Virus record (IMG/VR): IMGVR_UViG_2576861193_000004
Span: 42,259 to 106,258 of that record
Length of the DNA: 64,000 bases
Reading direction: 5' to 3' (one strand)
From: a virus
Lineage: Duplodnaviria; Heunggongvirae; Uroviricota; Caudoviricetes
Shown: positions 38,368 to 48,292 of the stretch, one piece after another
Layout: each line of letters starts with the position of its first letter
How positions within the stretch are numbered: the first letter of the stretch is position 1
The notes under the pieces: model-generated
The model's input: the letters and a program-made list of their open reading frames with translations, nothing else
Database searches by the model: none
Told to the model about the DNA's origin: nothing
Program-made: the position numbers and the translations under genes

Positions 38368-39599
38368 GCGAGTTGAGTTATCTGGAAAAATTGCTGGATG
38401 GGGTTGAGGTTGAGTGGTTGCCATTGGGGAAACTAGGTGAATTAGTTCGTGGAAATGGATTGCCTAAGTCTGATTTTACCGAATCTGGGGTTCCTGCCAT
38501 ACACTATGGTCAGATATATACTTTTTACGGATTATCTACTGAAACAACAAAGTCATTTGTTTCCCATGAAACGGCGAAGAAGCTTAAAAAGGTTAACTCT
38601 GGTGATGTTGTTATTACTAACACAAGCGAAAATTTTACTGATGTTGGTAAGGCGCTTGTTTATCTAGGTAAAGAGCAAGCTGTTACTGGTGGCCATGCAA
38701 CTATTTTCAAGCCAAATAGCACTATTATTGGGAAATACTTTGCCTATTTCACGCAAACGGATTCTTTTGCAAATGAGAAAAGGAAATACTCCAAGGGAAC
38801 TAAAGTAATTGATGTGTCTGCATCGGATATGGCGAAAATTATTATCCCTATCCCCTGTCCGGAAAATCCCAAAAAATCCCTTGCTATCCAGTCTGAAATC
38901 GTTCGGATTCTGGACAAATTTACTGCACTTACCGCTGAGCTTACCGCTGAGCTTACCATGCGTAAAAAACAGTACAACTACTATCGCGACCAATTGCTGA
39001 GTTTTAAAGAAGGTGAGGTTGAGTGGAAAACTTTGGGAGAAGTGGCTCAATACTCGAAAACAAGAATTAGTTTCGAACTACTTGATGAAAGGAATTATGT
39101 TGGCGTAGATAATCTGCTGCAAAACAGAGCAGGAAAATCATTATCTAATCATGTACCCACATCAGGTAAATTAACGGAGTTTATACCTAACGATATACTG
39201 ATTGGGAATATCCGCCCATATTTGAAAAAAATTTGGCAAGCAGATTGTATCGGTGGAACAAATGGCGATGTATTGGTTATTCGTTGCATAGATAGCTCAA
39301 TAAATACCAGATATCTATATCAGATTTTGGCAGATGACAAATTCTTTGAATACAACATGCAGCATGCTAAAGGAGCAAAAATGCCGCGTGGCAGTAAAGA
39401 GGATATAATGAAATACCCAATCCCTGTACCGCCACTCACCTTGCAAGCTCGCATTGTCGAAATACTCAACAAATTCGATACCCTGACAAACTCCATCACT
39501 GAAGGTCTTCCGCGTGAAATCGAATTACGCCAGAAACAATACGAATACTACCGTGATTTACTGTTCAGTTTCCCAAAACCTGAAACTGTCAGTAATTAA
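38364..39599 (+). CDS. hsdS: Type I restriction-modification specificity subunit
   Basis: 411 aa; conserved N-terminal, central ([42 protein letters not shown]) and C-terminal ([35 protein letters not shown]) regions separating two variable target-recognition domains. Confidence 0.9.
   Translation: MSELSYLEKLLDGVEVEWLPLGKLGELVRGNGLPKSDFTESGVPAIHYGQIYTFYGLSTETTKSFVSHETAKKLKKVNSGDVVITNTSENFTDVGKALVYLGKEQAVTGGHATIFKPNSTIIGKYFAYFTQTDSFANEKRKYSKGTKVIDVSASDMAKIIIPIPCPENPKKSLAIQSEIVRILDKFTALTAELTAELTMRKKQYNYYRDQLLSFKEGEVEWKTLGEVAQYSKTRISFELLDERNYVGVDNLLQNRAGKSLSNHVPTSGKLTEFIPNDILIGNIRPYLKKIWQADCIGGTNGDVLVIRCIDSSINTRYLYQILADDKFFEYNMQHAKGAKMPRGSKEDIMKYPIPVPPLTLQARIVEILNKFDTLTNSITEGLPREIELRQKQYEYYRDLLFSFPKPETVSN
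38931..38954 (+). repeat. tandem 12-bp repeat (ACCGCTGAGCTT x2) encoding TAEL-TAEL in the HsdS central spacer
   Basis: accgctgagctt accgctgagctt read directly in sequence. Confidence 0.8.
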
Positions 39600-39720
39600 T
39601 TGACCATTGCTACCGACCGGGCCACCTTAACACCCGGTCTGTATATAGACTATTTTTTACGCGCCGGAAGTCACTCTTAACGCCCTTCCGGCCCTTGCCA
39701 GGCGGCACAAAGGATGCGCT

Positions 39721-42700
39721 ATGACTCATCAAACACACACCATTGCTGAATCCAATAACTTTATCGTCCTTGATAAGTACATCAAAGCTGAGCAAACAAG
39801 CGACAGCTACCAGAGCGAATCGGACCTGGAACGTGAACTGATTCAGGACCTGCGGAATCAGGGTTATGAATTTATTTCCGTAAAATCACAGTCGGCAATG
39901 CTGTCCAATGTTCGGGAACAGCTTCAGAGCCTCAATGGTGTGATGTTTAATGACAGCGAGTGGCGGCGCTTCACGGAGCAGTATCTGGACAATCCCAGCG
40001 ATGGTATTCTGGATAAGACCCGTAAAATCCATATCGACTATATCTGCGACTTTATTTTTGACGACGGGCGTCTTGAGAACATCTATCTGATCGATAAAAA
40101 GAATCTCATGCGCAACAAAGTGCAGATTATCCAGCAGTTTGAACAGGCAGGTTCTCATGCTAACCGTTATGACGTCACGATCCTGGTTAATGGCTTGCCT
40201 CTGGTGCAAATCGAACTGAAAAAGCGCGGCGTGGCGATTCGTGAGGCTTTCAACCAGATACATCGTTACAGCAAAGAGAGTTTTAACAGCGAAAATTCCC
40301 TGTTTAAGTATCTGCAACTGTTTGTCATTTCTAACGGCACCGATACCCGTTATTTTGCCAACACCACAAAGCGCGATAAAAACAGTTTTGACTTCACCAT
40401 GAACTGGGCGAAATCAGACAACACGCTGATTAAAGACCTCAAAGACTTTACCGCTACCTTTTTCCAGAAACATACCCTGCTTAATGTTCTGGTGAACTAC
40501 AGCGTGTTTGACAGTAGTCAGACGCTACTGGTGATGCGACCGTACCAGATTGCAGCTACCGAACGGATCTTATGGAAAATCAACAGCTCCTATAAAGCGA
40601 AAAACTGGTCTAACCCCGAAAGCGGTGGCTTTATCTGGCACACCACTGGTTCCGGTAAAACACTGACCAGCTTTAAAGCCGCGCGTCTGGCAACTGAACT
40701 GGACTTTATTGATAAAGTCTTCTTCGTGGTCGACAGGAAAGACCTCGATTACCAGACCATGAAGGAATATCAGCGTTTTTCGCCAGACAGCGTCAACGGC
40801 TCGGAAAATACCGCAGGTCTTAAACGAAATCTGGATAAGGACGATAACAAAATTATCGTCACCACTATTCAGAAACTTAATAACCTGATGAAAGCAGAAA
40901 GCGACCTGCCTGTATACAATCAGCAAGTGGTGTTTATATTTGATGAATGCCACCGCAGCCAGTTTGGAGAAGCGCAGAAAAACCTGAAGAAGAAATTCAA
41001 ACGCTATTATCAGTTTGGTTTTACCGGCACCCCTATTTTCCCGGAAAATGCCTTAGGCTCAGAAACGACCGCCAGCGTATTTGGTCGTGAATTGCATTCG
41101 TATGTAATTACCGATGCGATTCGTGACGAAAAAGTGCTCAAATTCAAGGTGGACTACAACGATGTGCGGCCACAGTTTAAGTCTTTAGAGACAGAAACTG
41201 ACGAGAAAAAACTGAGTGCGGCTGAAAATCAGCAGGCGTTTCTTCATCCCATGCGTATTCAGGAAATCACGCAATATATCCTGAACAACTTCCGCCAGAA
41301 GACTCACCGTACTTACCCCGGCTCCAAAGGTTTTAATGCCATGCTGGCAGTAAGCAGCGTGGATGCCGCGAAAGCCTATTACGCGACGTTTAAACGGTTA
41401 CAAGAGGAAGCCGCTAATAAATCTGCTACCTATAAACCACTGCGTGTTGCGACAATCTTCTCCTTTGCCGCCAATGAAGAACAAAATGCCATTGGTGAAA
41501 TTTCCGATGAAACTTTTGATACCAGCGCAATGGACAGCAGTGCTAAAGAGTTTCTTGACGCTGCAATTCGTGAGTATAACAGCTATTTTAAAACTAACTT
41601 CAGCACCGACAGTAACGGTTTTCAGAACTACTATCGTGATTTAGCCCAACGGGTTAAAAATCAGGATATCGATCTGTTAATTGTCGTTGGGATGTTTTTA
41701 ACCGGCTTCGACGCTCCAACATTGAACACGCTATTCGTCGATAAAAACTTGCGTTTTCACGGCCTGATGCAGGCATTCTCCCGTACCAACCGCATTTATG
41801 ACGCTACTAAAACCTTCGGTAACATCGTCACTTTTCGGGATCTGGAACGCTCAACCATTGATGCCATAACGCTGTTTGGTGATAAAAATACTAAAAATGT
41901 GGTGTTAGAAAAGAGTTATGCAGAGTATATGGAAGGCTTTACTGATGCTGCTACAGGTGAAGCTAAACGCGGCTTTATGGCAGTAGTTTCAGAACTGGAA
42001 CAACGGTTCCCTGACCCTGCCAGTATTGAAAGTGAAAAAGAGAAGAAAGACTTCGTTAAACTGTTTGGCGAATACCTGCGTGCCGAGAACATCCTGCAAA
42101 ACTATGATGAATTTGCCACGCTGAAAGCCCTGCAACAAATCGATCTTAGCGATCCTGTTGCGGTAGAAAAATTCAAAGAAGAACATTATGTGGATGATGA
42201 AAAGTTCGCTGAATTGCAAACGATTCGTCTCCCTGCTGAACGCAAGATTCAGGATTATCGTTCTGCCTATAACGATATTCGTGACTGGCAGCGCCGCGAG
42301 AAAGAAGCTGATAAAAAAGAAAAATCAACCACTGACTGGGATGACGTGGTTTTTGAGGTCGATTTGCTGAAGTCTCAGGAAATAAACCTGGATTATATCC
42401 TTGGACTGATTTTCGAACACAACAGACAAAATAAAGGCAAGGGCGAAATGATCGAAGAGGTCAAACGCTTAATTCGTTCAAGCCTGGGGAACCGGGCGAA
42501 AGAGGGCCTGGTGGTCGATTTTATTCAGCAAACGAACCTGGATGATTTACCAGACAAAGCCAGCATCATTGACGCGTTCTTTACCTTTGCTCAACACGAA
42601 CAGCTACGTGAAGCAGAAGCGTTGATTAAAGAAGAAAATCTCAATGAAGAGGCGGCGAAACGCTATATTCGCACGTCTTTAAAACGCGAATACGCCACCG

Positions 42701-42837
42701 AAAATGGCACAGAATTAAACGAGACATTACCAAAACTTAGTCCGTTAAACCCGCAATATAAAACGAAAAAACAGACGGTTTTCCAGAAAATCGTCACGTT
42801 TATTGAAAAGTTCAAAGGAGTAGGTGGGCAGATATAG
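39721..42837 (+). CDS. hsdR: Type I restriction enzyme R subunit
   Basis: 1038 aa; helicase motifs [12 protein letters not shown] ([11 protein letters not shown]), endonuclease-type N-terminal region; 120-bp gap after hsdS with no intervening gene. Confidence 0.95.
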   Translation: MTHQTHTIAESNNFIVLDKYIKAEQTSDSYQSESDLERELIQDLRNQGYEFISVKSQSAMLSNVREQLQSLNGVMFNDSEWRRFTEQYLDNPSDGILDKTRKIHIDYICDFIFDDGRLENIYLIDKKNLMRNKVQIIQQFEQAGSHANRYDVTILVNGLPLVQIELKKRGVAIREAFNQIHRYSKESFNSENSLFKYLQLFVISNGTDTRYFANTTKRDKNSFDFTMNWAKSDNTLIKDLKDFTATFFQKHTLLNVLVNYSVFDSSQTLLVMRPYQIAATERILWKINSSYKAKNWSNPESGGFIWHTTGSGKTLTSFKAARLATELDFIDKVFFVVDRKDLDYQTMKEYQRFSPDSVNGSENTAGLKRNLDKDDNKIIVTTIQKLNNLMKAESDLPVYNQQVVFIFDECHRSQFGEAQKNLKKKFKRYYQFGFTGTPIFPENALGSETTASVFGRELHSYVITDAIRDEKVLKFKVDYNDVRPQFKSLETETDEKKLSAAENQQAFLHPMRIQEITQYILNNFRQKTHRTYPGSKGFNAMLAVSSVDAAKAYYATFKRLQEEAANKSATYKPLRVATIFSFAANEEQNAIGEISDETFDTSAMDSSAKEFLDAAIREYNSYFKTNFSTDSNGFQNYYRDLAQRVKNQDIDLLIVVGMFLTGFDAPTLNTLFVDKNLRFHGLMQAFSRTNRIYDATKTFGNIVTFRDLERSTIDAITLFGDKNTKNVVLEKSYAEYMEGFTDAATGEAKRGFMAVVSELEQRFPDPASIESEKEKKDFVKLFGEYLRAENILQNYDEFATLKALQQIDLSDPVAVEKFKEEHYVDDEKFAELQTIRLPAERKIQDYRSAYNDIRDWQRREKEADKKEKSTTDWDDVVFEVDLLKSQEINLDYILGLIFEHNRQNKGKGEMIEEVKRLIRSSLGNRAKEGLVVDFIQQTNLDDLPDKASIIDAFFTFAQHEQLREAEALIKEENLNEEAAKRYIRTSLKREYATENGTELNETLPKLSPLNPQYKTKKQTVFQKIVTFIEKFKGVGGQI

Positions 42838-42895
42838 TGTATTAATCTGAACCAGATCTGGCAGATATCTGTGCAAATTGCAGATAGCTGTCAGA

Positions 42896-43306
42896 TCAAG
42901 CCATCGTAGGGATGTCTGTATCCACTTTGAACTCCGGTACACCAACGAACTCTTTAACCTTCATCTGATAGCCGGTTCTGTCAGTTTTGATGACTTCCTG
43001 CTTGCCCTCGATAAATTGCTCACGCCACTCGTCGCGACGGGAAGCTGGCATGATCAGCAAAACGTTAGTCATATCCGTGACCTTCCTCCAGTACTCGGCC
43101 CAAATATTCTGTTTCACCCATTCCAGATCGACTTTATCCAGCCAAGCTCGATTCAAACGTGAGCGATCTTCATCTGGTCGATGGTTTAGTCTCAGCAGGC
43201 GATTAATCATGTTGTGGCGTTCGTCGCCATAAACGAAGTCGTGTACCTGATACATGAAGGCGATCTCTTTCTCGCACTCGGCCACGATTTCGTGGATGAC
43301 ATTCAT
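42896..43306 (-). CDS. hypothetical protein
   Basis: 136 aa ORF; no family recognised. Confidence 0.3.
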   Translation of the reverse strand: MNVIHEIVAECEKEIAFMYQVHDFVYGDERHNMINRLLRLNHRPDEDRSRLNRAWLDKVDLEWVKQNIWAEYWRKVTDMTNVLLIMPASRRDEWREQFIEGKQEVIKTDRTGYQMKVKEFVGVPEFKVDTDIPTMA

Positions 43307-43378
43307 TTCCTGCCGATAGTCGATAGTCGATAGCAGCGTTTGAGTTGGGATCGTCGATGATGGAAAGGGCTGTATTCA

Positions 43379-43420
43379 TAATAGCACCATTAAGAAGTGA
43401 TTTGTTTAATGGTGCTATTA
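43379..43420. other. perfect 15-bp inverted repeat with 12-nt loop
   Basis: taatagcaccattaa-gaagtgatttgt-ttaatggtgctatta; also a 3x gatagtc direct repeat at about 43312-43335. Confidence 0.6.
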
Positions 43421-43482
43421 TTTCAAAAATGAAAAGGTACTAAATAGAAATAAACCGGCAATCCTTCAAATAAAGGCATTGT

Positions 43483-44097
43483 CTAATCATACTTGGAGGT
43501 ATTTATCACCAGAATTTTGTTTGTATAAATCTTCTTAATATCCCATGTGACATTACCGGAATACCATTGGCCGTTATACACTTGGTTTCCAGTTGCACCT
43601 GTCATAGTTACATAGACAGGTCTGTCGTAATCGGTTCGTCTATAGTTATATACCCCAACCATAGCAGGCATTACTGCGCACGGATACCCCATATCTATTG
43701 TAAATTGTGGGTCAGAAATAGTGATAAGTTTCGCATCAAGGGGCATCATCTCACCGTGATACACCATTGCGCCTGCGCTGTTATACATGGCAATGCCATA
43801 GCCAGAATGTGGTAACACCATATCAGAAAAAGCATAAACTGTTATTGTTCCGGGGCTACCATTTACCTGATGCAATCTGAGAGCATTGTATCCGTTACTA
43901 TTTTCATGAATAAACATCATGTTCGCCTTATTACTGCTTTTTATGAAGAAAAAGCATGATTTGTTTGATGGGATTGATGTTTTAAAAACAGAACCTTTAG
44001 ATGCAGACATTGTCCCTTTATTAATCAGATTTTGCGGAGTAAATTCTGGACTCATCCACAAACCTCCATCTGATTGAGTAATTGACATCCCGAACAT
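43483..44097 (-). CDS. hypothetical protein (Gly/Ser/Thr/Asn/Tyr-rich, beta-rich)
   Basis: Start set at MFGMSITQSDGG (ATG 44095-44097) right after stop of upstream gene; low-GC region. Confidence 0.3.
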   Translation of the reverse strand: MFGMSITQSDGGLWMSPEFTPQNLINKGTMSASKGSVFKTSIPSNKSCFFFIKSSNKANMMFIHENSNGYNALRLHQVNGSPGTITVYAFSDMVLPHSGYGIAMYNSAGAMVYHGEMMPLDAKLITISDPQFTIDMGYPCAVMPAMVGVYNYRRTDYDRPVYVTMTGATGNQVYNGQWYSGNVTWDIKKIYTNKILVINTSKYD

Positions 44098-44099
44098 AA

Positions 44100-44381
44100 T
44101 TATCCCCAGTATGTGTATATGTAAGAACCAAGCCCCGTATATAAATTTGACCAACTAACCGTATTTCCATTAATAGTAACTTTCGGAACAGGTAAATTGA
44201 TGTAGTTGTCGTTGTTAAGAGGCATCAATGACCACACGGCATGAAGTGATTTACCCGGTGGCGGATTAGAGTACGTCTTAGAGCCTGATGACGCCGTAAA
44301 TCGATCAAGAAAAAAAATAGGTGTAAGGAAGCCAGTAACGTTAATTCCTTTATTGTTGTAAATCCCTGTACCGTATGCCAT
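44100..44381 (-). CDS. hypothetical protein
   Basis: 93 aa; coupled to downstream gene; low-GC. Confidence 0.3.
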   Translation of the reverse strand: MAYGTGIYNNKGINVTGFLTPIFFLDRFTASSGSKTYSNPPPGKSLHAVWSLMPLNNDNYINLPVPKVTINGNTVSWSNLYTGLGSYIYTYWG

Positions 44382-44435
44382 TTTTCACCCTTGTTTTTAT
44401 CAACACAATATGGCCGATCATGCGGCCATATCAGA

Positions 44436-45005
44436 TCAATTAGAGCTTTGAAAGACTTTGTGTGGTTGTGTTGCGAGGTTATGTCGATGGCTTAACTCAC
44501 GCATCATGTCTTCAAGGCGACTCTTTGTGTCGTCGAGTTGGTCGGCCATTGCTCCCAAAAGCTGACGAACGGCCATCGGATCATCGCTGTTTAGTGATGG
44601 CATTTTATAACCCGCCTGAGAAGACATAAGATTGAACGCAGACATCAACATCGTTAGAGAGGATTTAAGCCCAGCAATTTCACGATCTTTGCTGGCAATA
44701 ATCGCCTCACTCTTGTTAGTGTCATCAGTACGTTGAGTCTCGCTCACCATATCCAAAGTCGCCTGCAACTTATCAGCGAGCTCTTTTTCAGCAAGATAAT
44801 GAACGCCGAAATGATGTGCTAAAGCTACAACCTGAGTTGGTTCTTCAAAGGTGGAATTAAAATTAAGTACTGTAAACAGTCTCTCAAATATGGAAACGTC
44901 TTCTGTTCCCCGAACAATACCTAACATTTTGACAAGTTCATTAGCATCCATTTCTTCGAATAGGGCGTTTTGTTCATCAGCTATTGCTTTGCATTTCTCG
45001 CACAT
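44436..45005 (-). CDS. hypothetical protein
   Basis: 189 aa; 5' UTR AAGGAAAACAC-ATG with motif-1 palindrome upstream, same architecture as the TerB-like gene. Confidence 0.3.
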   Translation of the reverse strand: MCEKCKAIADEQNALFEEMDANELVKMLGIVRGTEDVSIFERLFTVLNFNSTFEEPTQVVALAHHFGVHYLAEKELADKLQATLDMVSETQRTDDTNKSEAIIASKDREIAGLKSSLTMLMSAFNLMSSQAGYKMPSLNSDDPMAVRQLLGAMADQLDDTKSRLEDMMRELSHRHNLATQPHKVFQSSN

Positions 45006-45022
45006 GTGTTTTCCTTAATTCT

Positions 45023-45040
45023 TAAACAAGTTGTTTTCTT
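45023..45040. promoter_or_regulatory. motif-1 palindrome
   Basis: taaacaagttgttttctt upstream of 44436-45005. Confidence 0.5.
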
Positions 45041-45302
45041 ATTGGGTTTATTGTGATGTGGCATATAAGGGGAGCAAGCTAAACGTAAAGGTGCAAACTC
45101 TCTATTTTGGTCAACGAAACACAAGGGCCATTTGGCCCTTGCCATTAACACGTTGCTTTACGGACTAGCGGATAGGCGAAGTAGATCGCCAAACCAATGA
45201 GGACGCCATCAGAAATGACAGACATCATCTTTCCCGTAAAATCCACCAACACCGCCATCACCAGAAGAGCAATGACGGTCACAAGCCGGAATCTCTCAAG
45301 CA

Positions 45303-45728
45303 TTAGAGATAAGCATCCAGTGACAACTGAAGCGCCTGGGCGATCTTTTTCAGTGCCTGCTCTTCTTGTTCACCAATGCCGTCCTGGTCGGCAATATCAA
45401 GGCACAGACACAGAACATCGACCGCCTCTGGAGTGCCCGCAATATCAGCCAGCTCACGCATAGCCTGCGCATTCGCAGAACGAGGGGACGCTTCGTAACG
45501 AGCACGGATATTGGCGCTCATTTGGGCAATTTCACCAGCAAACGGAGAAAACGCAGGCAGAGCTGCAATTGTCTTCTCAAGAATGGCAATTTCTTTTGCG
45601 TCACATGTGCCGTCGGCATAGGAGATCATGTACGCGCCCCACACGGTGGCCTCAACCGCATCACGGTTCTCCATTTTTTTGACTTCGATAACAGCTTTAC
45701 GAGTTTTCTTTTTGAAGAAACCTAACAT
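45303..45728 (-). CDS. TerB-domain protein
   Basis: 141 aa; two TerB-like acidic helical repeats (ISYADGTCDAKEIAILEKTIAAL and LCLCLDIADQDGIGEQEEQALKKIAQAL). Confidence 0.45.
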   Translation of the reverse strand: MLGFFKKKTRKAVIEVKKMENRDAVEATVWGAYMISYADGTCDAKEIAILEKTIAALPAFSPFAGEIAQMSANIRARYEASPRSANAQAMRELADIAGTPEAVDVLCLCLDIADQDGIGEQEEQALKKIAQALQLSLDAYL

Positions 45729-45750
45729 GTGTTTTCCTTTTGTTATTTGT

Positions 45751-45767
45751 CAAAACAAGTTGTTTTA
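45751..45767. promoter_or_regulatory. motif-1 palindrome
   Basis: caaaacaagttgtttta upstream of TerB-like gene. Confidence 0.5.
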
Positions 45768-45821
45768 TAGTTTCATAAATTGCTTACGCAAAGATGGTCA
45801 ATGCATATGCACTAACAACCG

Positions 45822-46010
45822 TCAGAAATAACCAAGTACCGAACCGACTGGAAAAACAAAAATCCCAACTACACGAGCCAAGGTCATGCCAGCCTGAAAC
45901 TTGAGATCACCTGAGCAAACGAGTTTTATAATGTTGGATACCCAACCGGCGGCCATGAGAGCCAGAATTGCCAGCCAAATTTTCCCAAAGTGATTTGAAA
46001 GCCAGTTCAT
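45822..46010 (-). CDS. small membrane protein
   Basis: 62 aa, two hydrophobic segments (IWLAILALMAAGWV, VVGIFVFPVGSVLGYF). Confidence 0.3.
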   Translation of the reverse strand: MNWLSNHFGKIWLAILALMAAGWVSNIIKLVCSGDLKFQAGMTLARVVGIFVFPVGSVLGYF

Positions 46011-46019
46011 ACAACCACC

Positions 46020-46514
46020 TTAGTCACAACATGATCCTGAGTAACTGGATGAACTTGAGGTATCGCATCCACCGTCATCCCATCCAGAGTGACAGGACGC
46101 TCTACTGTAGTGGTGGTAATTGTCGTCGACGGAGGTGTGGTGATGGATGAATCCGGCATCAAAAGGCTCTGACCGGCTGGTACGGTAATCGCTGCCAGAG
46201 TTGCCAAAATCACTCCGTAGGCCATTGGCTTCAGTCGATTTCGTTGAAAATTTTCCATGAGAACTGTCCTTGTGTGTCCGGGTTTCACGCAACACACGAG
46301 AAGCGACGCTATTACGCACCTTCTCCATGCCTACTGTCGTGCCCAGATTAGCTATGGCGGTAGCTTGCGCATTAATGCGCTTCTCCAGTTCAAACACTCG
46401 TTCTTCCAGTTCCGTAAGGCGTGCGGAAACACGACCACTAAACAGCTCGGTCAGCACCAGGCGAATTGAACGGGGACGTTTATTGAAAGAAGTGAAAGAC
46501 GTTTGACGGGCCAT
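46020..46514 (-). CDS. hypothetical protein; C-terminal half overlaps an alternative-frame ORF (46007-46258) so the true end is uncertain
   Basis: N-terminal 80 aa look protein-like (coiled-coil LTELEERVFELEKRINAQATAIANL); C-terminal half is low-complexity; the other frame encodes a hydrophobic N-terminus then a Pro/Thr-rich segment. Confidence 0.25.
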   Translation of the reverse strand: MARQTSFTSFNKRPRSIRLVLTELFSGRVSARLTELEERVFELEKRINAQATAIANLGTTVGMEKVRNSVASRVLRETRTHKDSSHGKFSTKSTEANGLRSDFGNSGSDYRTSRSEPFDAGFIHHHTSVDDNYHHYSRASCHSGWDDGGCDTSSSSSYSGSCCD

Positions 46515-46656
46515 GTGGATTCCATTCAGTGTCAGAAAGAGTTGCGGCTGGCCAAGCCAGCCGCCTTTTGGCGTTCCATCCTGGAACCGTACCTAACCGG
46601 TACTTCGTCATCCTGACGATTTATAAGATACCTGATTTATTATAGTGGGTAAATAC

Positions 46657-47265
46657 TTACTTATCTTTTTGTGACAAAAACCCAATGTCATGCTTGTGAG
46701 GCATATCAGCTGCGGAATAGGCGGCGATCTTCGCCAGACGGTCACACATTTCGTTCTCGCGATGACCTGCATGGCCTTTAACCCACTTCCAGCGGACATT
46801 ATGACGACTGGCGGCCGCGTCGAGACGTTTCCAGAGATCCACGTTTTTGACTGGCTTCTTCTCAGACGTGATCCATCCGTTACGCTTCCAGCCTTTCATC
46901 CAGAGCGTCATGCCGTTTTTAAGATACTGGCTGTCGGAATGCAGGATCACGTTGCAGGGGTACTTCAGACGCTCCAGCGCAATCAGGGCGCCCATCATCT
47001 CCATCCGATTGTTGGTCGTGCTGTGAAAGCCCTCAGAAAGCTCGCGCTCTTCGCCTCGATACTGGAGAACGATGCCGTAACCGCCCGGCCCGCCCGGATT
47101 TTTGAGGCAAGAGCCATCACTGAATACTTTTACGGTTTTGAGCTGGGGATTGAACTCGACTACGGGGGTTTTGAAGTTGGTACGGGATTGCTGGTGGGTT
47201 TGGTATCTGGCTTTGGACTTCGTGCGGCAGCCAGTATGTTGCCGGGCTGGGGTCTTGGTCGTCAT
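46657..47265 (-). CDS. rnhA: ribonuclease HI
   Basis: Core [58 protein letters not shown] parallels E. coli RnhA; start set at MTTKT. Confidence 0.8.
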   Translation of the reverse strand: MTTKTPARQHTGCRTKSKARYQTHQQSRTNFKTPVVEFNPQLKTVKVFSDGSCLKNPGGPGGYGIVLQYRGEERELSEGFHSTTNNRMEMMGALIALERLKYPCNVILHSDSQYLKNGMTLWMKGWKRNGWITSEKKPVKNVDLWKRLDAAASRHNVRWKWVKGHAGHRENEMCDRLAKIAAYSAADMPHKHDIGFLSQKDK

Positions 47266-47843
47266 TTTGGCTCCAGAATCGCGCGCCGCGACGATTTTTT
47301 TTTCCCTCGCGCGTGTGCGCACGCGTGCGTGTAAATATTAAAAATTTTTTAGAAAAGAAAAATTACTTCCCAGAACAGGTTTTAATAAAACCTGAACTGA
47401 ACGAACGAAGTGAGTGAAGTTCACCTCGAACGAAGTGAGAGGTTGTCTTTTCAGGTAATACTCTCCCAGGGAGGTGAGTACAAAATTACCTCACCAACCT
47501 GGTCGTTTCATAACCTGAAAAGTTATGACCTAAGTCTACTGCCAGCTTAGGCTTGGGAAGTTATGGATGACAGCACCCCAGAACCGAGATCTTCCCACAC
47601 TTTATGAAGGGGAGTACTGGATTCAACCTCTCGAAACACTCCAGACTCGACAATCATAAAGTGACCCTTCTCTCTGCCCACTTTGGTTCCCCCTTCCCCA
47701 ACCCCTAAACGGTGCCGGTTCTACGCTGGTAGTGAGCTTTTTTAAACCTGACGCCAGTGACGCTATCCCCCACCCATCAGGTCGAGCTGCCAAAAGTATC
47801 CGGAAGCGGATAGATTGTATCACTGGTTAGTGGTGTTTTGAAT

Positions 47844-47858
47844 GGTAAGTACTTACAT
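47844..47858. promoter_or_regulatory. motif-2 palindrome
   Basis: ggtaagtacttacat (perfect GTAAGTACTTAC palindrome). Confidence 0.45.
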
Positions 47859-47859
47859 A

Positions 47860-48090
47860 TTATATTGATTGATTAATTTCTCGCCCATGAAGCTGGACGT
47901 TCAGGGCAAACACCTCATTGATGAGTTCCCCTAACAGCTGCTCCACCAGCTCTTTGTGCTCGCCTGAATGAAGACATTTGAGCGACCATTCGTAGAGACT
48001 GAAAGCCTTATCGCGATCTTTCATCATGTCGCGCACTGTGGCCAGAAAATCGCTCTCAACGAGCGCTACGACGTTCGTCGGGTATACCAT
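47860..48090 (-). CDS. hypothetical small protein
   Basis: 76 aa ORF; motif-2 palindrome near 47844-47858. Confidence 0.25.
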   Translation of the reverse strand: MVYPTNVVALVESDFLATVRDMMKDRDKAFSLYEWSLKCLHSGEHKELVEQLLGELINEVFALNVQLHGREINQSI

Positions 48091-48292
48091 GATAGTTTTC
48101 CTTACTGTGGTTCATAAAATCGATTCTAGAGCGTCTGGAGAGGGGCTCCAGTAGGTTCTGAAGGTGTAAAACGGTCTGGGAGTTGTTTGGAAATCACGTC
48201 TTAAAAAGCCTGCGTCTGTATATATTAATAATTAGTACTTAGTTATTTATATATACGGAAGCAGGTTCTCAAACTAACTCCCAGACTGGTGT

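Noticed and set aside
39600-39720. Anticodon nuclease (prrC-like) gene between hsdS and hsdR
   Set aside because: Looked for because Type IC prr loci carry it, but only 120 bp of non-coding sequence separates hsdS and hsdR.
43483-44381. Possible frameshifted pseudogene (two ORFs overlapping by 55 nt in different frames)
   Set aside because: An internal ATG at 44097 (MFGMSITQ) lies directly after the upstream stop, so two adjacent coupled genes explain the pattern without a frameshift.
46007-46514. Embedded Rz/Rz1-type spanin pair
   Set aside because: The outer ORF lacks an N-terminal transmembrane domain and the inner ORF lacks a lipobox cysteine; retained only as overlapping hypothetical ORFs.
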